This document shows positions 20,298 through 30,100 of a stretch of 64,000 nt of DNA, piece by piece; positions within the stretch are counted from its first letter, which is position 1, and each line of letters begins with the position of its first letter. The DNA lies in assembly GCA_025966225.1 (NCBI GenBank), contig JAOPVI010000048.1:12138-76137 (forward strand), in the 5' to 3' direction. The notes beneath the pieces were generated by a model. The model saw only the letters and a list, made by a program, of their open reading frames with translations, did no database searches and was not told the origin of the DNA. This stretch comes from Mycobacterium sp. GTDB taxonomy: Bacteria > Actinomycetota > Actinomycetes > Mycobacteriales > Mycobacteriaceae. Position numbers and translations under genes: made by a program.

Positions 20298-23200
20298 ATG
20301 GAGTCGGGACGATCGTGTCGGGCCTGCGGTCTGGGCCTGCGGTCCGGTGCCCGGTTCTGCGATGGATGTGGCGCACCGACGGGCACCGACCCCGCTCTGG
20401 CCGAGTACAAGCAGGTCACGATTCTGTTCGCCGATGTCGTCCGGTCCATGGACATCGCCGCTCGCGTCGGCCCGGAGCGACTGCGGGAAATCATGACCGA
20501 GTTGGTCAGCCGCTCGGCTGTTGTAGTCGAGCGCAGTGGCGGAACGCTGAACAGCTACACCGGCGACGGCATCATGGCGCTGTTCGGGGCGCCGGCAGCC
20601 TTGGAGGACCACGCATTTCGTGCGTGCGTGGCCGCGCTCGACCTTCAACACGCTGCGGAACCACTCGCCGGCGACGTGATGCGCCACGACGGCGTGGTGC
20701 TCCAGCTTCGCATCGGCATCAACTCCGGCCAGGTGATAGCGGGCGAGATCAGCCCGACGAGTTACACCGCGATCGGCGATCAGGTCGGCTTTGCGCAGCG
20801 GATGGAATCCGTCGCCCCGCCCGGCGGTGTCATGTTGAGTGAGGCCACCGCACGGTTGGTCGAGGGCGTTGCGGCACTGGGTGATCTCGAGCTGGTGCGT
20901 ATCAAGGGCGCTGACGAGCCGGTGCAGGCCCGCCGCCTCCTCGACATGAAGGAGCGTCGCATCCGCCCCGTGGGCCACGAGGCGCCGGTGATCGGGCGGC
21001 AGCACGAAATCGGCTCACTCACCACGTTCCTGGAACAGGCGATGCGCGGTGACGCATCAGTGGTTCGAGTGACCGGACCGGCGGGCATCGGCAAGAGCAG
21101 GCTGATCGGTGAAGTCACGACGACGGCCGTTGACCGCGGCGCAGAAGTGTTCTCCACCTTCTGCCAGTCCCACACCGGGGACGTTCCGTTCCACGCGATT
21201 TCCGGCCTGCTGCGGGCGGTCTTCGAGGTCGACGAGCTCGACATCGACGCGGCGCGGGAGCGGGTGCGGGTGCGGCTGCCCGATTCCGACAACGAGGACC
21301 TGATTCTGCTCGACGATCTGCTGGGCATTCGTGACACCGCCGGTGGGTTGCCGGCTGTCGATCCAGAGGCGCGACGCCGGCGGCTGGCACGGTTGGTGGA
21401 GACAGCGATCTCGGCGAGTACTCCCGCGGTGTACGTGATCGAGGACGTGCACTGGATCGACGAGGTCAGCGAATCGATGCTCGTCGACTTCGTCGCAACG
21501 GTTTCCGGAACGTCGGCGCTCGTCCTTATCACCCACCGTCCCGAGTATCAGGGCACACTCAGCCACATTGCGGGAGCTGAGGCGATTGAGCTTGCCCCGC
21601 TTGATGGTTCACACGGGTCGGCGTTGACCGCGCTGCTGGTCGGCAGGCGCCCGTCGACCGCCGGACTCGCGACGCAGATTGCCGAACGTGCCGCCGGGAA
21701 CCCGTTCTTCACCGAGGAGATCGTGCGCGACCTCGTCGAACGAAAGATTCTCGAGGGCCACCGCGGCGAGTATGAGTGCCGCCGCGACGCTGCGGAGGTC
21801 AGCGTGCCCGCGACCGTACAGGCCACCATCGCCGCGCGCATCGACCGCCTTGGTGCACGTGCGAAGCGGACACTGAACGCCGCGGCGGTCGTCGGGTCTA
21901 GGTTCAATGCGGATTTGCTCGCCGAAGTGCGCAGTGACTCCATGCTTGGGGAGTTGATGGACGCCGAGCTGATCGATGCGCTCGATTCCCCTGCTGCCGA
22001 GTACGCGTTCAGACACCCGCTGATCCGCACGGTGGCCTACGAATCACAACTGAAATCGGAACGGGCGCAACTGCATCGGCAGCTGGCTGAGGTCATCGAG
22101 CGCCGCCAGCCGACGGCGGCACACGAGAACGCTGCGCTCATCGCGACGCACCTGGAGGCGGCGGGCGACCAACGTGGAGCGTTCGGTTGGCACATGCGCG
22201 CGGCGGGATGGTTGACCGACCGCGACCTCGGCGCGGCCCGAGCGAGTTGGCAGCGGGCTCGAATGGTCGCTGACAGGCTGCCCGGTGACGAGCCCGACCG
22301 GCTAGCGATGCAGATAGCGCCTCGCACCCGGCTCTGCGGCAGCATGTGGATGGCTGGCGGCACGGTCGCCGACACCGGTTTCGACGAACTGCGCGAGCTC
22401 TGCGAGGCGAAGGGCGACAAGGTATCGCTCGCGATTGGCATGTCCGGACTGGTCATGGCGCTGTCAGGGCATCAACGTCTCGTCGAGGCGTCAAGTCTGG
22501 CATCGGAGCTGACTGCGCTGGTCGAGGCGCTTGGAGAGTCCTCACTGACCGTCAATCTGCTCATCGCGGCCGTCTACGCCAAATCCGAGGTCGGTGAGAT
22601 GACCGAAGCTCTTGGCTTGGCCCAACGCGTCATCGACCTGGCCGATGGCGATCTCACGATGGGTGACAAGCTCTTCGGCTCACCGCTGACGCTCGCGACT
22701 CGGATGCGCTGCCTCATTCGACTGTGTCTGGGTATCGACGGCTGGCGATCCGATGCCGACGCGGCTATCGCGATGGCTGCCCCGCTCGCTCCGAAGAATC
22801 TCGTTACCGCGATCTTCTACAAGTACATCGTCGCAATACCCGTCGGCGCCCTGGCCGCCGACGCTGTCGCCTTGCGCGAGACCGCCGATGCCCTGCGTGT
22901 GGCCGAGCAAACCAGCGACGAGTACACCTTGGCAGCGGCCCAGCTCACCCGAGGACTCGTCCTCGTCCGCCAAGACGATCCGCACCGGGAGGAAGGCTTC
23001 ACGCTGCTCACCCAGGCGCGGGACACGGCACTGGCGAAGGGGTTCACGATGAATGCGCTGGCAATTGTCGATCCCGAGATCGCAAGGGAGCGGTCCCGAA
23101 ACGGTGATCTCGACGGTGCAATCGAACTCGCCCGAGCGGCCATTGACGACATGTTCGACAGTGGCGCAATGTACTTGCGCGGGGTGGCCACCACGATTCT

Positions 23201-23441
23201 GGTGGAGTCGCTGCTGGAGCGCGGAGCCGATCGTGACCTGCGGGAGGCACAGGCGGCCATCGACCGGTTGGCAGGAGTGCCCACGGAGCCCGGATTCATA
23301 CTGCACGAACTGCCCTTGCTACGGCTGCGCGCTTTGATGGCGCGGGCGCAGGGCAGCGAGCAGCCCTACCGCGAGCACATGGCGCGGTACCGCGCGAAAG
23401 CGTTGGCGGCCGGATTCGAGCCGCTCGCCACTTCGGGCTGA
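20298..23441 (+). CDS. zinc-ribbon - class III adenylate/guanylate cyclase - AAA/STAND ATPase - TPR-like protein (no LuxR output)
   Basis: ORF of 1047 aa. It has an N-terminal CRACG...FCDGCG zinc ribbon, the cyclase signature VTILFADVVRSMD...YTGDGIMALFGAP, the P-loop VTGPAGIGKSRL and a long helical C-terminal region. Confidence 0.9.
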   Translation: MESGRSCRACGLGLRSGARFCDGCGAPTGTDPALAEYKQVTILFADVVRSMDIAARVGPERLREIMTELVSRSAVVVERSGGTLNSYTGDGIMALFGAPAALEDHAFRACVAALDLQHAAEPLAGDVMRHDGVVLQLRIGINSGQVIAGEISPTSYTAIGDQVGFAQRMESVAPPGGVMLSEATARLVEGVAALGDLELVRIKGADEPVQARRLLDMKERRIRPVGHEAPVIGRQHEIGSLTTFLEQAMRGDASVVRVTGPAGIGKSRLIGEVTTTAVDRGAEVFSTFCQSHTGDVPFHAISGLLRAVFEVDELDIDAARERVRVRLPDSDNEDLILLDDLLGIRDTAGGLPAVDPEARRRRLARLVETAISASTPAVYVIEDVHWIDEVSESMLVDFVATVSGTSALVLITHRPEYQGTLSHIAGAEAIELAPLDGSHGSALTALLVGRRPSTAGLATQIAERAAGNPFFTEEIVRDLVERKILEGHRGEYECRRDAAEVSVPATVQATIAARIDRLGARAKRTLNAAAVVGSRFNADLLAEVRSDSMLGELMDAELIDALDSPAAEYAFRHPLIRTVAYESQLKSERAQLHRQLAEVIERRQPTAAHENAALIATHLEAAGDQRGAFGWHMRAAGWLTDRDLGAARASWQRARMVADRLPGDEPDRLAMQIAPRTRLCGSMWMAGGTVADTGFDELRELCEAKGDKVSLAIGMSGLVMALSGHQRLVEASSLASELTALVEALGESSLTVNLLIAAVYAKSEVGEMTEALGLAQRVIDLADGDLTMGDKLFGSPLTLATRMRCLIRLCLGIDGWRSDADAAIAMAAPLAPKNLVTAIFYKYIVAIPVGALAADAVALRETADALRVAEQTSDEYTLAAAQLTRGLVLVRQDDPHREEGFTLLTQARDTALAKGFTMNALAIVDPEIARERSRNGDLDGAIELARAAIDDMFDSGAMYLRGVATTILVESLLERGADRDLREAQAAIDRLAGVPTEPGFILHELPLLRLRALMARAQGSEQPYREHMARYRAKALAAGFEPLATSG

Positions 23442-23653
23442 GCGATCGACTAGCAACGCCTGCCACTTCGCGAGATCCACACCTGGGCTGTTGGATTGGC
23501 GGCGGAACGACCGTGGTGTCGAGCTCGCGAACGTGCTAGCTGCGCGAGTATGCCAGCCGCAGCGTCGAGCTAGTGCGGCTCACCTGACGTAGCAGCCGGT
23601 GCTCGTGTTGTGACAGTGGCTGCTCTGGCTCGTTGTCGACGCAACGGATTCGG

Positions 23654-24580
23654 CTATCCCACGGCCTCCTCGACTAGGCCGTCAGTCGTCCACTCCCGTT
23701 GCGGCAGCACATCTCTCAGCAAGCGGAGCAGCGCCGGGTTGGTACTGTCGCCGCGCCACACCGCGTCCAATTCGACCGGCCGCTCCCGGAACGCCCCGAT
23801 CGATCGGAACACCACCCCTTCGGGATGCAGCGTCGCCGCCGACGCGGGCACCAAGGCGATCCCGATCTGCGAGCGCACCAGCACCAGCATCGTGTGCACC
23901 TGCGTCACGTACTGCACGTAGCGCGGTGTTGCACCGGCGATGGTGAACGTGCTGATCAGCAGTTGGTTGAAATACCGGGCCTGCACCGGCGAGTACATGA
24001 TGACGTCCTCGCCGTCGAGGTCATTCAGCGTCAACTGACGGCCCAGGTCCGCCAGCGGGTGCCCCATCGGTAGCGCGGCGATCAGCTGTTCGTGCAACAG
24101 CGGCCGCGACACCAGGCCAGGGCGCTTCACCGGCGGGCGTGCCATCCCGAGGTCCAATTCACCGTTCAGCAGGCCCTCTAGCTGCACCGACGTCACCATC
24201 TCGCGCAGCTCGAGCTTCACGTCTGGCAGCTTCTCCCGCGCAGCCTCGAGCAGCAGCGGCAGCACGACGTGTGCCGACGCCGCGGTGAAGCCGACGACGA
24301 CGGTGCCGAGGTCCCCAGCGGGTACGCGCCTCACCGTCATCGCCGCGCCCTCGGCCAGCTGCAGGATCCGACGCGCGTCGGGAAGGAACGCCACCCCGGC
24401 GGGGGTGAGCGTCACGGATCGAGTTGTCCGGTCGATCAGCTGAACGCCGAGTTCGCCCTCGATCTGTTGAATCTGCCTGCTCAGCGGCGGCTGGGTCATG
24501 TGAAGCCGTTCAGCGGCGCGCCCGAAGTGCAGTTCCTCGGCTACGGCGATGAAGCACGACAGCCGCCCGGATGAGAACAC
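23654..24580 (-). CDS. LysR-family transcriptional regulator
   Basis: ORF of 308 aa with the N-terminal wHTH FIAVAEELHFGRAAERLHMTQPPLSRQIQQIE and a typical LTTR length. Confidence 0.9.
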   Translation of the reverse strand: MFSSGRLSCFIAVAEELHFGRAAERLHMTQPPLSRQIQQIEGELGVQLIDRTTRSVTLTPAGVAFLPDARRILQLAEGAAMTVRRVPAGDLGTVVVGFTAASAHVVLPLLLEAAREKLPDVKLELREMVTSVQLEGLLNGELDLGMARPPVKRPGLVSRPLLHEQLIAALPMGHPLADLGRQLTLNDLDGEDVIMYSPVQARYFNQLLISTFTIAGATPRYVQYVTQVHTMLVLVRSQIGIALVPASAATLHPEGVVFRSIGAFRERPVELDAVWRGDSTNPALLRLLRDVLPQREWTTDGLVEEAVG

Positions 24581-24651
24581 CTATGCACTCCCAGTATCAT
24601 TCGACGCGCAAGATGCGTCGATGGTGCATGAGTTTAGCTACCAGCGCGGGC

Positions 24652-24912
24652 TCAGGGCCTCGAATTCGGGGTGGATGCTCTGTCGGCGAACTCGCCGGCG
24701 TCGAGAGCGTGGAATTCGCCTGTGCCGCAGGCGATGAAGACTCCGCCCGGGCCTGCGTCGACGCCCTTGGCGACGTGCGCGGCGAGCTTGGTCAGGTCGA
24801 CCTCGCCCGACACGGTGAAGGGTGTGACGGGAAAGAACAGTACGCCTTCGAGCATGTCGTGGAACTGCTCGCTGGATGGGCTGGGTCTGTCAGACTTGGG
24901 TGAGGCGTCCAT
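24652..24912 (-). pseudogene. 5-dehydro-4-deoxyglucarate dehydratase (KdgD/DapA family), N-terminal ~65-85 codons only
   Basis: EQFHDMLEGVLFFPVTPFTVSGEVDLTKLAAHVAKGVDAGPGGVFIACGTGEFHALDAGEFADR aligns with the remembered KdgD N-terminus (LLSFPLTDFD...AAGGTGEFFSL). It then stops at 24652, only 72 nt from the LysR start. Start is ATG at 24912 or 24855. Confidence 0.72.
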
Positions 24913-26488
24913 CGACGCGGCGCCATATCCCGTCGGGATTTCCGTCGGCAATCGCGCTGGGCAGCAGTGCCTTCGGCACGTCCTGATAGGCGACGGGTCG
25001 CAGAAACCGTTCGACCGCGCGTGCTCCGACGGAGGTCGTGCGCGAGTCGGACGTGGCGGGCGACGGGCCGCCGTGCACCATCGCGTAACCAACCTCGACG
25101 CCAGTCGGCCAGCCGCCGAACAGGATTCGCCCGACCTTGGTCTCCAGCGTCGGCAGCAGCTTGCCCGCATCGTCGTAGTCCGACTCGTCGGCGTGAACGG
25201 TCGCAGTCAGCTGGCCTTCCAAACTTGCTGCTATGTCGTTCATCTCATCGACGTCGGTGCATCGCACGACGAGGCTCGACGAGCCGAACACCTCGGCCTG
25301 CAGCACCTCGGACCCCCGGAAGGACGCGGCGTCCGTGCTGAACAGCGCCGCCCGGCAGGTGGTGGGGTTGTCGGCCGCCTCGCCGCGGACGACGAGGTCA
25401 GCGGAGCCGGCCAACGCGGCGACGCCGTCGGCGTAGCTCTTGGCAATTGCGGGCGTCAGCATCGGGGTGGCTGCCGTCTGCACCAGCGCATCGCGGGCCG
25501 CGGAGAGGAACGCGTCGAGCCCAGCCCCGTCGACGGCGATGACCAGCCCAGGGTTGGTGCAGAACTGGCCGGAGCCCATGGTCAGCGAGCCGACGAAGGC
25601 GCGACCCAGGTCGGCACCCCGCGTCGAAAGCGCCCCACCGAGCAGAAACACCGGGTTGATCGAACTCATCTCCGCGTACACCGGGATGGGCTCTGGCCGG
25701 GCCGCGGCGGCTGCGACGAGAGCCGTTCCGCCGGCTCGGGATCCGGTGAAGCCGACGGCCTTGATCCGTGGATCGGTGACGAGTGCGGTACCGAGGCCAG
25801 GACCGGAACCGAACAGAAGCGAGAACGTCCCTGCGGGCAATCCGGAGGACGCGACGGCGCCGGCGATGGCGCGGGCCACCAGTTCGGACGTGCCGGGATG
25901 CGCATCGTGCCCCTTGACGACGACGGGGCAACCGGCCGCGAGTGCCGATGCGGTGTCGCCGCCTGCGACCGAGAACGCCAGCGGGAAGTTGCTGGCCCCG
26001 AACACGGCGACCGGGCCGAGCGGGACGGCCCGCTGGCGAATGTCGGGCCGCGGCAATGGGGTTCGGTCGGGCTGCGCAGGGTCGATGCGTGCCTCAGTCC
26101 AGCTGCCATCGCGCAACACGGCGGCGAAGAGCCGGAGCTGTCCGGTGGTTCGGCCCACCTCGCCTGCGATCCGGCCTTCGGGCAAGCCGGTCTCTGTCAC
26201 CGCCCGGCCGACGAGCGTCGTCGAGCTCGCTTCGAGGTTGTCGGCAATGGCCTCCAGGAAGAGTGCGCGTTGCTCGGAGGTGGTGGCCCGGTAGGTGGGG
26301 AAGGCCTCGGCGGCGGCGGCGCACGCGGTCTCGACGTTGGACACATCGCCGTGGCGGTACGCCGGTTCGACGGCGGTGCCGGCGGCGGGGTCGAAGCCAC
26401 GCACCTCCGGCCCGGTGCCCGTGACGGGAACGCCGGCGATGATCATCTGTCCGGTCAGGTGGCTGGAGTCGTGGATCGTTGCTGTCAC
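24890..26488 (-). CDS. NADP-dependent aldehyde dehydrogenase, alpha-ketoglutaric semialdehyde (2,5-dioxovalerate) dehydrogenase-like
   Basis: ORF of 532 aa with the catalytic Cys region GSGQFCTNPGLV. The length and N-terminus are typical of the KGSADH subgroup. It is adjacent to the kdgD remnant. Confidence 0.85.
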   Translation of the reverse strand: MTATIHDSSHLTGQMIIAGVPVTGTGPEVRGFDPAAGTAVEPAYRHGDVSNVETACAAAAEAFPTYRATTSEQRALFLEAIADNLEASSTTLVGRAVTETGLPEGRIAGEVGRTTGQLRLFAAVLRDGSWTEARIDPAQPDRTPLPRPDIRQRAVPLGPVAVFGASNFPLAFSVAGGDTASALAAGCPVVVKGHDAHPGTSELVARAIAGAVASSGLPAGTFSLLFGSGPGLGTALVTDPRIKAVGFTGSRAGGTALVAAAAARPEPIPVYAEMSSINPVFLLGGALSTRGADLGRAFVGSLTMGSGQFCTNPGLVIAVDGAGLDAFLSAARDALVQTAATPMLTPAIAKSYADGVAALAGSADLVVRGEAADNPTTCRAALFSTDAASFRGSEVLQAEVFGSSSLVVRCTDVDEMNDIAASLEGQLTATVHADESDYDDAGKLLPTLETKVGRILFGGWPTGVEVGYAMVHGGPSPATSDSRTTSVGARAVERFLRPVAYQDVPKALLPSAIADGNPDGIWRRVDGRLTQV

Positions 26489-26598
26489 GAAGCCAACGCT
26501 AGGACTCCAACCGATACATGTCCAAGACCAACGTTGGGACTATTGATAGCAGAACTGCATGAGTGATGGCCGACGTGGACCGAGCGCCGTGGGCCGCG

Positions 26599-27042
26599 CT
26601 ACGCAGACGCGCGACCCCGCAGCGCCAGCCGGTTGAGCACGTCACGGCCTAGGCCGTCGACGTCCGTCCGTGAGCCCTCGGGTATCAAGGTGACGCCGTC
26701 CGCCACAGCCGCCAACTCGATGTCGGCGATGAGCCCGGTCAGCCCGTCGACGGTCCCGGCATACTGCACCGTCGGCGCCTCGCGGGCTGCGAGCCACGCC
26801 CTGGCCGAACGAAAGTCACCCGTCACCGTGACCCGGACGTCGAGGATCACGTCGACGTCAGGCCGGTCCGCGCGGATGCGAGCCCCGTCGCGCTTGGCGA
26901 GTTGGAGGTCGCGTGCCGCGAACCGGACGACCGGAGGACCGCCCGCCGTCAACTCGGTCCAGTCGTCGTCCGCCTCACTGGCGAAGAAAAGCCTCACCTT
27001 CCGCACGGTACGGGTGCGACCCCGCTGCTGCCACCGTTGCAA
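26599..27042 (-). CDS. hypothetical protein; resembles only the C-terminal third of LLM-class flavin/F420 oxidoreductases (possible gene fragment)
   Basis: ORF of 147 aa (TTG start) with a stop codon immediately upstream. The tail YAGTVDGLTGLIADIELAAVADGVTLIP recalls the C-terminal GTP..vA..l..l...G.DG..L motif of LLM enzymes. The assignment is weak. Confidence 0.3.
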   Translation of the reverse strand: MQRWQQRGRTRTVRKVRLFFASEADDDWTELTAGGPPVVRFAARDLQLAKRDGARIRADRPDVDVILDVRVTVTGDFRSARAWLAAREAPTVQYAGTVDGLTGLIADIELAAVADGVTLIPEGSRTDVDGLGRDVLNRLALRGRASA

Positions 27043-27112
27043 TCAGCGAGAATCCATCGGAATGACCGTGCGGCGTCGCGGGGCCGACGCTCAGGCTTAG
27101 TAGTTTGTAGAC

Positions 27113-30100
27113 GTGACAATGGACGTGGGGGGCGGAGCACTGTCAGCCGATGCGCGGCCGGGCATCCCAGCTCAGTACCTGCTATCGGCGCAAGCACCCG
27201 ACCCACGCACGCTGATCGACGTGCTCTACGCCACCGCCGAGCGTCACCCCGACTCCCCCGCCCTCGACGACGGTGACGTTCAACTCACCTACGCCGAACT
27301 CGTCGCCGACATCGAAGAGAGCGTCGAGTGGCTGGCCGCGCGGGGAATCGGCCGCGGCGACCGCATCGGCATCCGGATGCCATCCGGCAGTTACGCGCTC
27401 TACGTCGCGATCCTGTCGGCCTTGGCCGTCGGCGCCGCCTATGTGCCCGTCGACGCAGACGATCCCGACGAACGTGCCGAATTGGTGTTCGGCGAGGCAG
27501 GCGTCGTCGGGGTCATCACCGAGGCCGGCCTGGTACGTGGGGTTGGTTTGTCCCGCGGTTGGCGGGCAGGTGAGCCGTTGGCGCGCGACGACGCCTGGAT
27601 CATCTTCACCTCCGGGTCCACCGGAACGCCCAAGGGCGTCGCGGTGACGCATCGCAACGCCGCGGCCTTCGTCGACGCCGAGGCCCAGATCTTCCTGCAG
27701 GACAATCCACTGGGCCCCGGCGACCGCGTGCTCGCCGGGCTGTCGGTGGCGTTCGACGCGTCGTGCGAGGAGATGTGGCTGGCCTGGCGCCACGGTGCGT
27801 GTCTGGTGCCCGCCCCGCGCTCGTTGGTCCGCAGCGGCATGGACCTGGGCCCGTGGTTGGTGTCCCGGGACATCACGGTCGTCTCGACGGTGCCGACGCT
27901 CGCAGCGCTCTGGCCCGCCGAGGCGCTCGAAGCCGTGCGACTGCTGATCTTCGGCGGGGAAGCCTGCCCTCCGGAGCTCGCCGAGCGACTCGCCGTCGAG
28001 GGCCGCGAAGTGTGGAACACCTACGGGCCCACCGAGGCCACCGTCGTGGCGAGCCTCGCGCGACTCCACGGCAATTCGCCCGTGAGCATCGGGCTGCCGC
28101 TGCCGGGCTGGGATCTGGCGGTCGTCGACAAGGACGGCCAGCCCGTGGCAAAGGGCGAGGTCGGCGAGTTGGTCATCGGCGGCGTCGGCCTGGCGCGCTA
28201 CCTGGATCCGGAGAAGGACGCCGAGAAGTACGCCCCGATGCCCACCCTGGAGTGGGCCCGCGCGTACCGCAGCGGTGACCTGGTCCGCCTCGAAGCCGAC
28301 GGGCTCTACTTCCAGGGCCGCGCCGACGACCAGGTCAAGGTGGGTGGGCGCCGCATCGAACTCGGCGAGGTCGACTCTGCGCTGGTGAACCTGCCAGGCG
28401 TCAGCGGCGGCGCCGCCGCGGTGCGCCGCACCACTAGTGGCACGCCGCTGCTGGTCGGCTACATCGCCAGCGCGGACCCCGAATTCGACCTGGCGGCGGC
28501 GCGGGCCGCGCTGGCCGACTCGCTGCCCGCCGCGCTGGTGCCCCGGCTGGTGCTCGTCGACGAGCTGCCGACGCGGACGTCGGGCAAGGTGGATCGCAAT
28601 GCCCTGCCGTGGCCCATCGAGGGCGACGACGGCTCCGACGGACCGGAGCTTGCAGGAACGATGGGCTGGCTGGCCGGGCTGTGGCGAGACGTATTGGCCG
28701 CGCCGGTCGACGGACCCGAGGCCGACTTCTTCGCGCTCGGCGGCGGTTCACTGTCGGCGGCACAGCTGGTGGCCGCCCTGCGCGCGCGCTACCCGCAGGT
28801 GACCGTCGCCGACCTGTACGACCATCCGCGACTCGGCTCGCTCGCCGGTTACCTCGATGAGCTCGACCCGCCCCCGAAGGTCGAAACCCGTTTGGTGAAG
28901 CCGGTATCCAGGTGGACCGAGTTGGCGCAGGTGGTGGCATCGGTACCGCTGGCCACGCTCGCGGGGATGCAGTGGGTGGTGTGGCTGGCCCTGCTCAACA
29001 ACGTCGCGGCGGCGCTGCACGTGGTGCCGTGGGCACAGCCGGTGAACTGGTGGTGGGTACTCGCAGGCTTCCTGGTGTTCGTAACCCCGTTGGGGCGCAT
29101 GGGCATTGCGATACTCGGCGCCCGCATCCTCGTCGGAGGACTCGAGCCGGGCACCTACCGGCGGGGTGGGAGCGTCCACCTCCGGGTCTGGCTCGCCGAA
29201 CGACTCGCCGACGCCAGCGGCGCGGAGAACCAGGCCGGCGCGCCGTGGTTGGTGTACTACGCACGCGCACTGGGCAACAGGGTCGGCAAGGGTGTCGACC
29301 TGCACTCTGCACCTCCCGTCACCGGGATGCTGACCCTGGGCCACCGGTGCTCGATCGAACCCGAGGTCGACCTCACCGGGCACTGGATCGACGGCGATCT
29401 CTTCCACGTCGGTCCGATCACCGTCGGCAACGACGCTACGATCGGCGCGCGAACAACTCTGCTGCCCAACGCAATCATCGGCAAGAACGCCGACGTCGCA
29501 CCGGGTTCCGGCGTCATCGGCAAGGTCAAGGCCGGCCAGTACTGGAAGGGTTCACCGGCGATGAAGTCGGGCAAGGCCCGGCACCCGTGGCCTGACGAAC
29601 GCCCACGCCGCGCCCCGCTGTGGGTCGCGGTGTACGGTGTGACGTCCGTCCTGCTCGGCGGGGTTCCGCTGGTCGCGCTCGGCGCCGGACTTGCCTTGTT
29701 GGGCTGGGCGATTCGTGACACCCCAACGCTTCGGGCCGCGCTCGTCCCCGTTGCCATCTGGACGCCCGTCGCCACCATCGTCGCCGTGGTGGTCTATGCC
29801 GCGACGACGGTCATCGGGGTGCGGATGCTGGCGCTGGGCCTGCGCGAGGGTTATCACCCGGTGCGCAGTCGAGTCGGTTGGCAGTTGTGGGCCACCGAGC
29901 GGCTGATGGATGCAGCCCGCAACTATCTGTTCCCCATCTACGCTAGCCTGCTCACGCCATGGTGGCTGCGGCTGCTCGGCGCGAAAATCGGTAAGGGCAC
30001 CGAGATCTCGACCGCCCTGCTCACGCCGAAGTTCACGGTGGTCGAGGACGGCGCGTTCCTGGCCGACGACACCATGGTGGCGTCCTACGAGCTGGGTGGC

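Noticed and set aside
24671-26566. 631-aa plus-strand ORF
   Set aside because: Antisense to the aldehyde dehydrogenase, which has the catalytic Cys motif.
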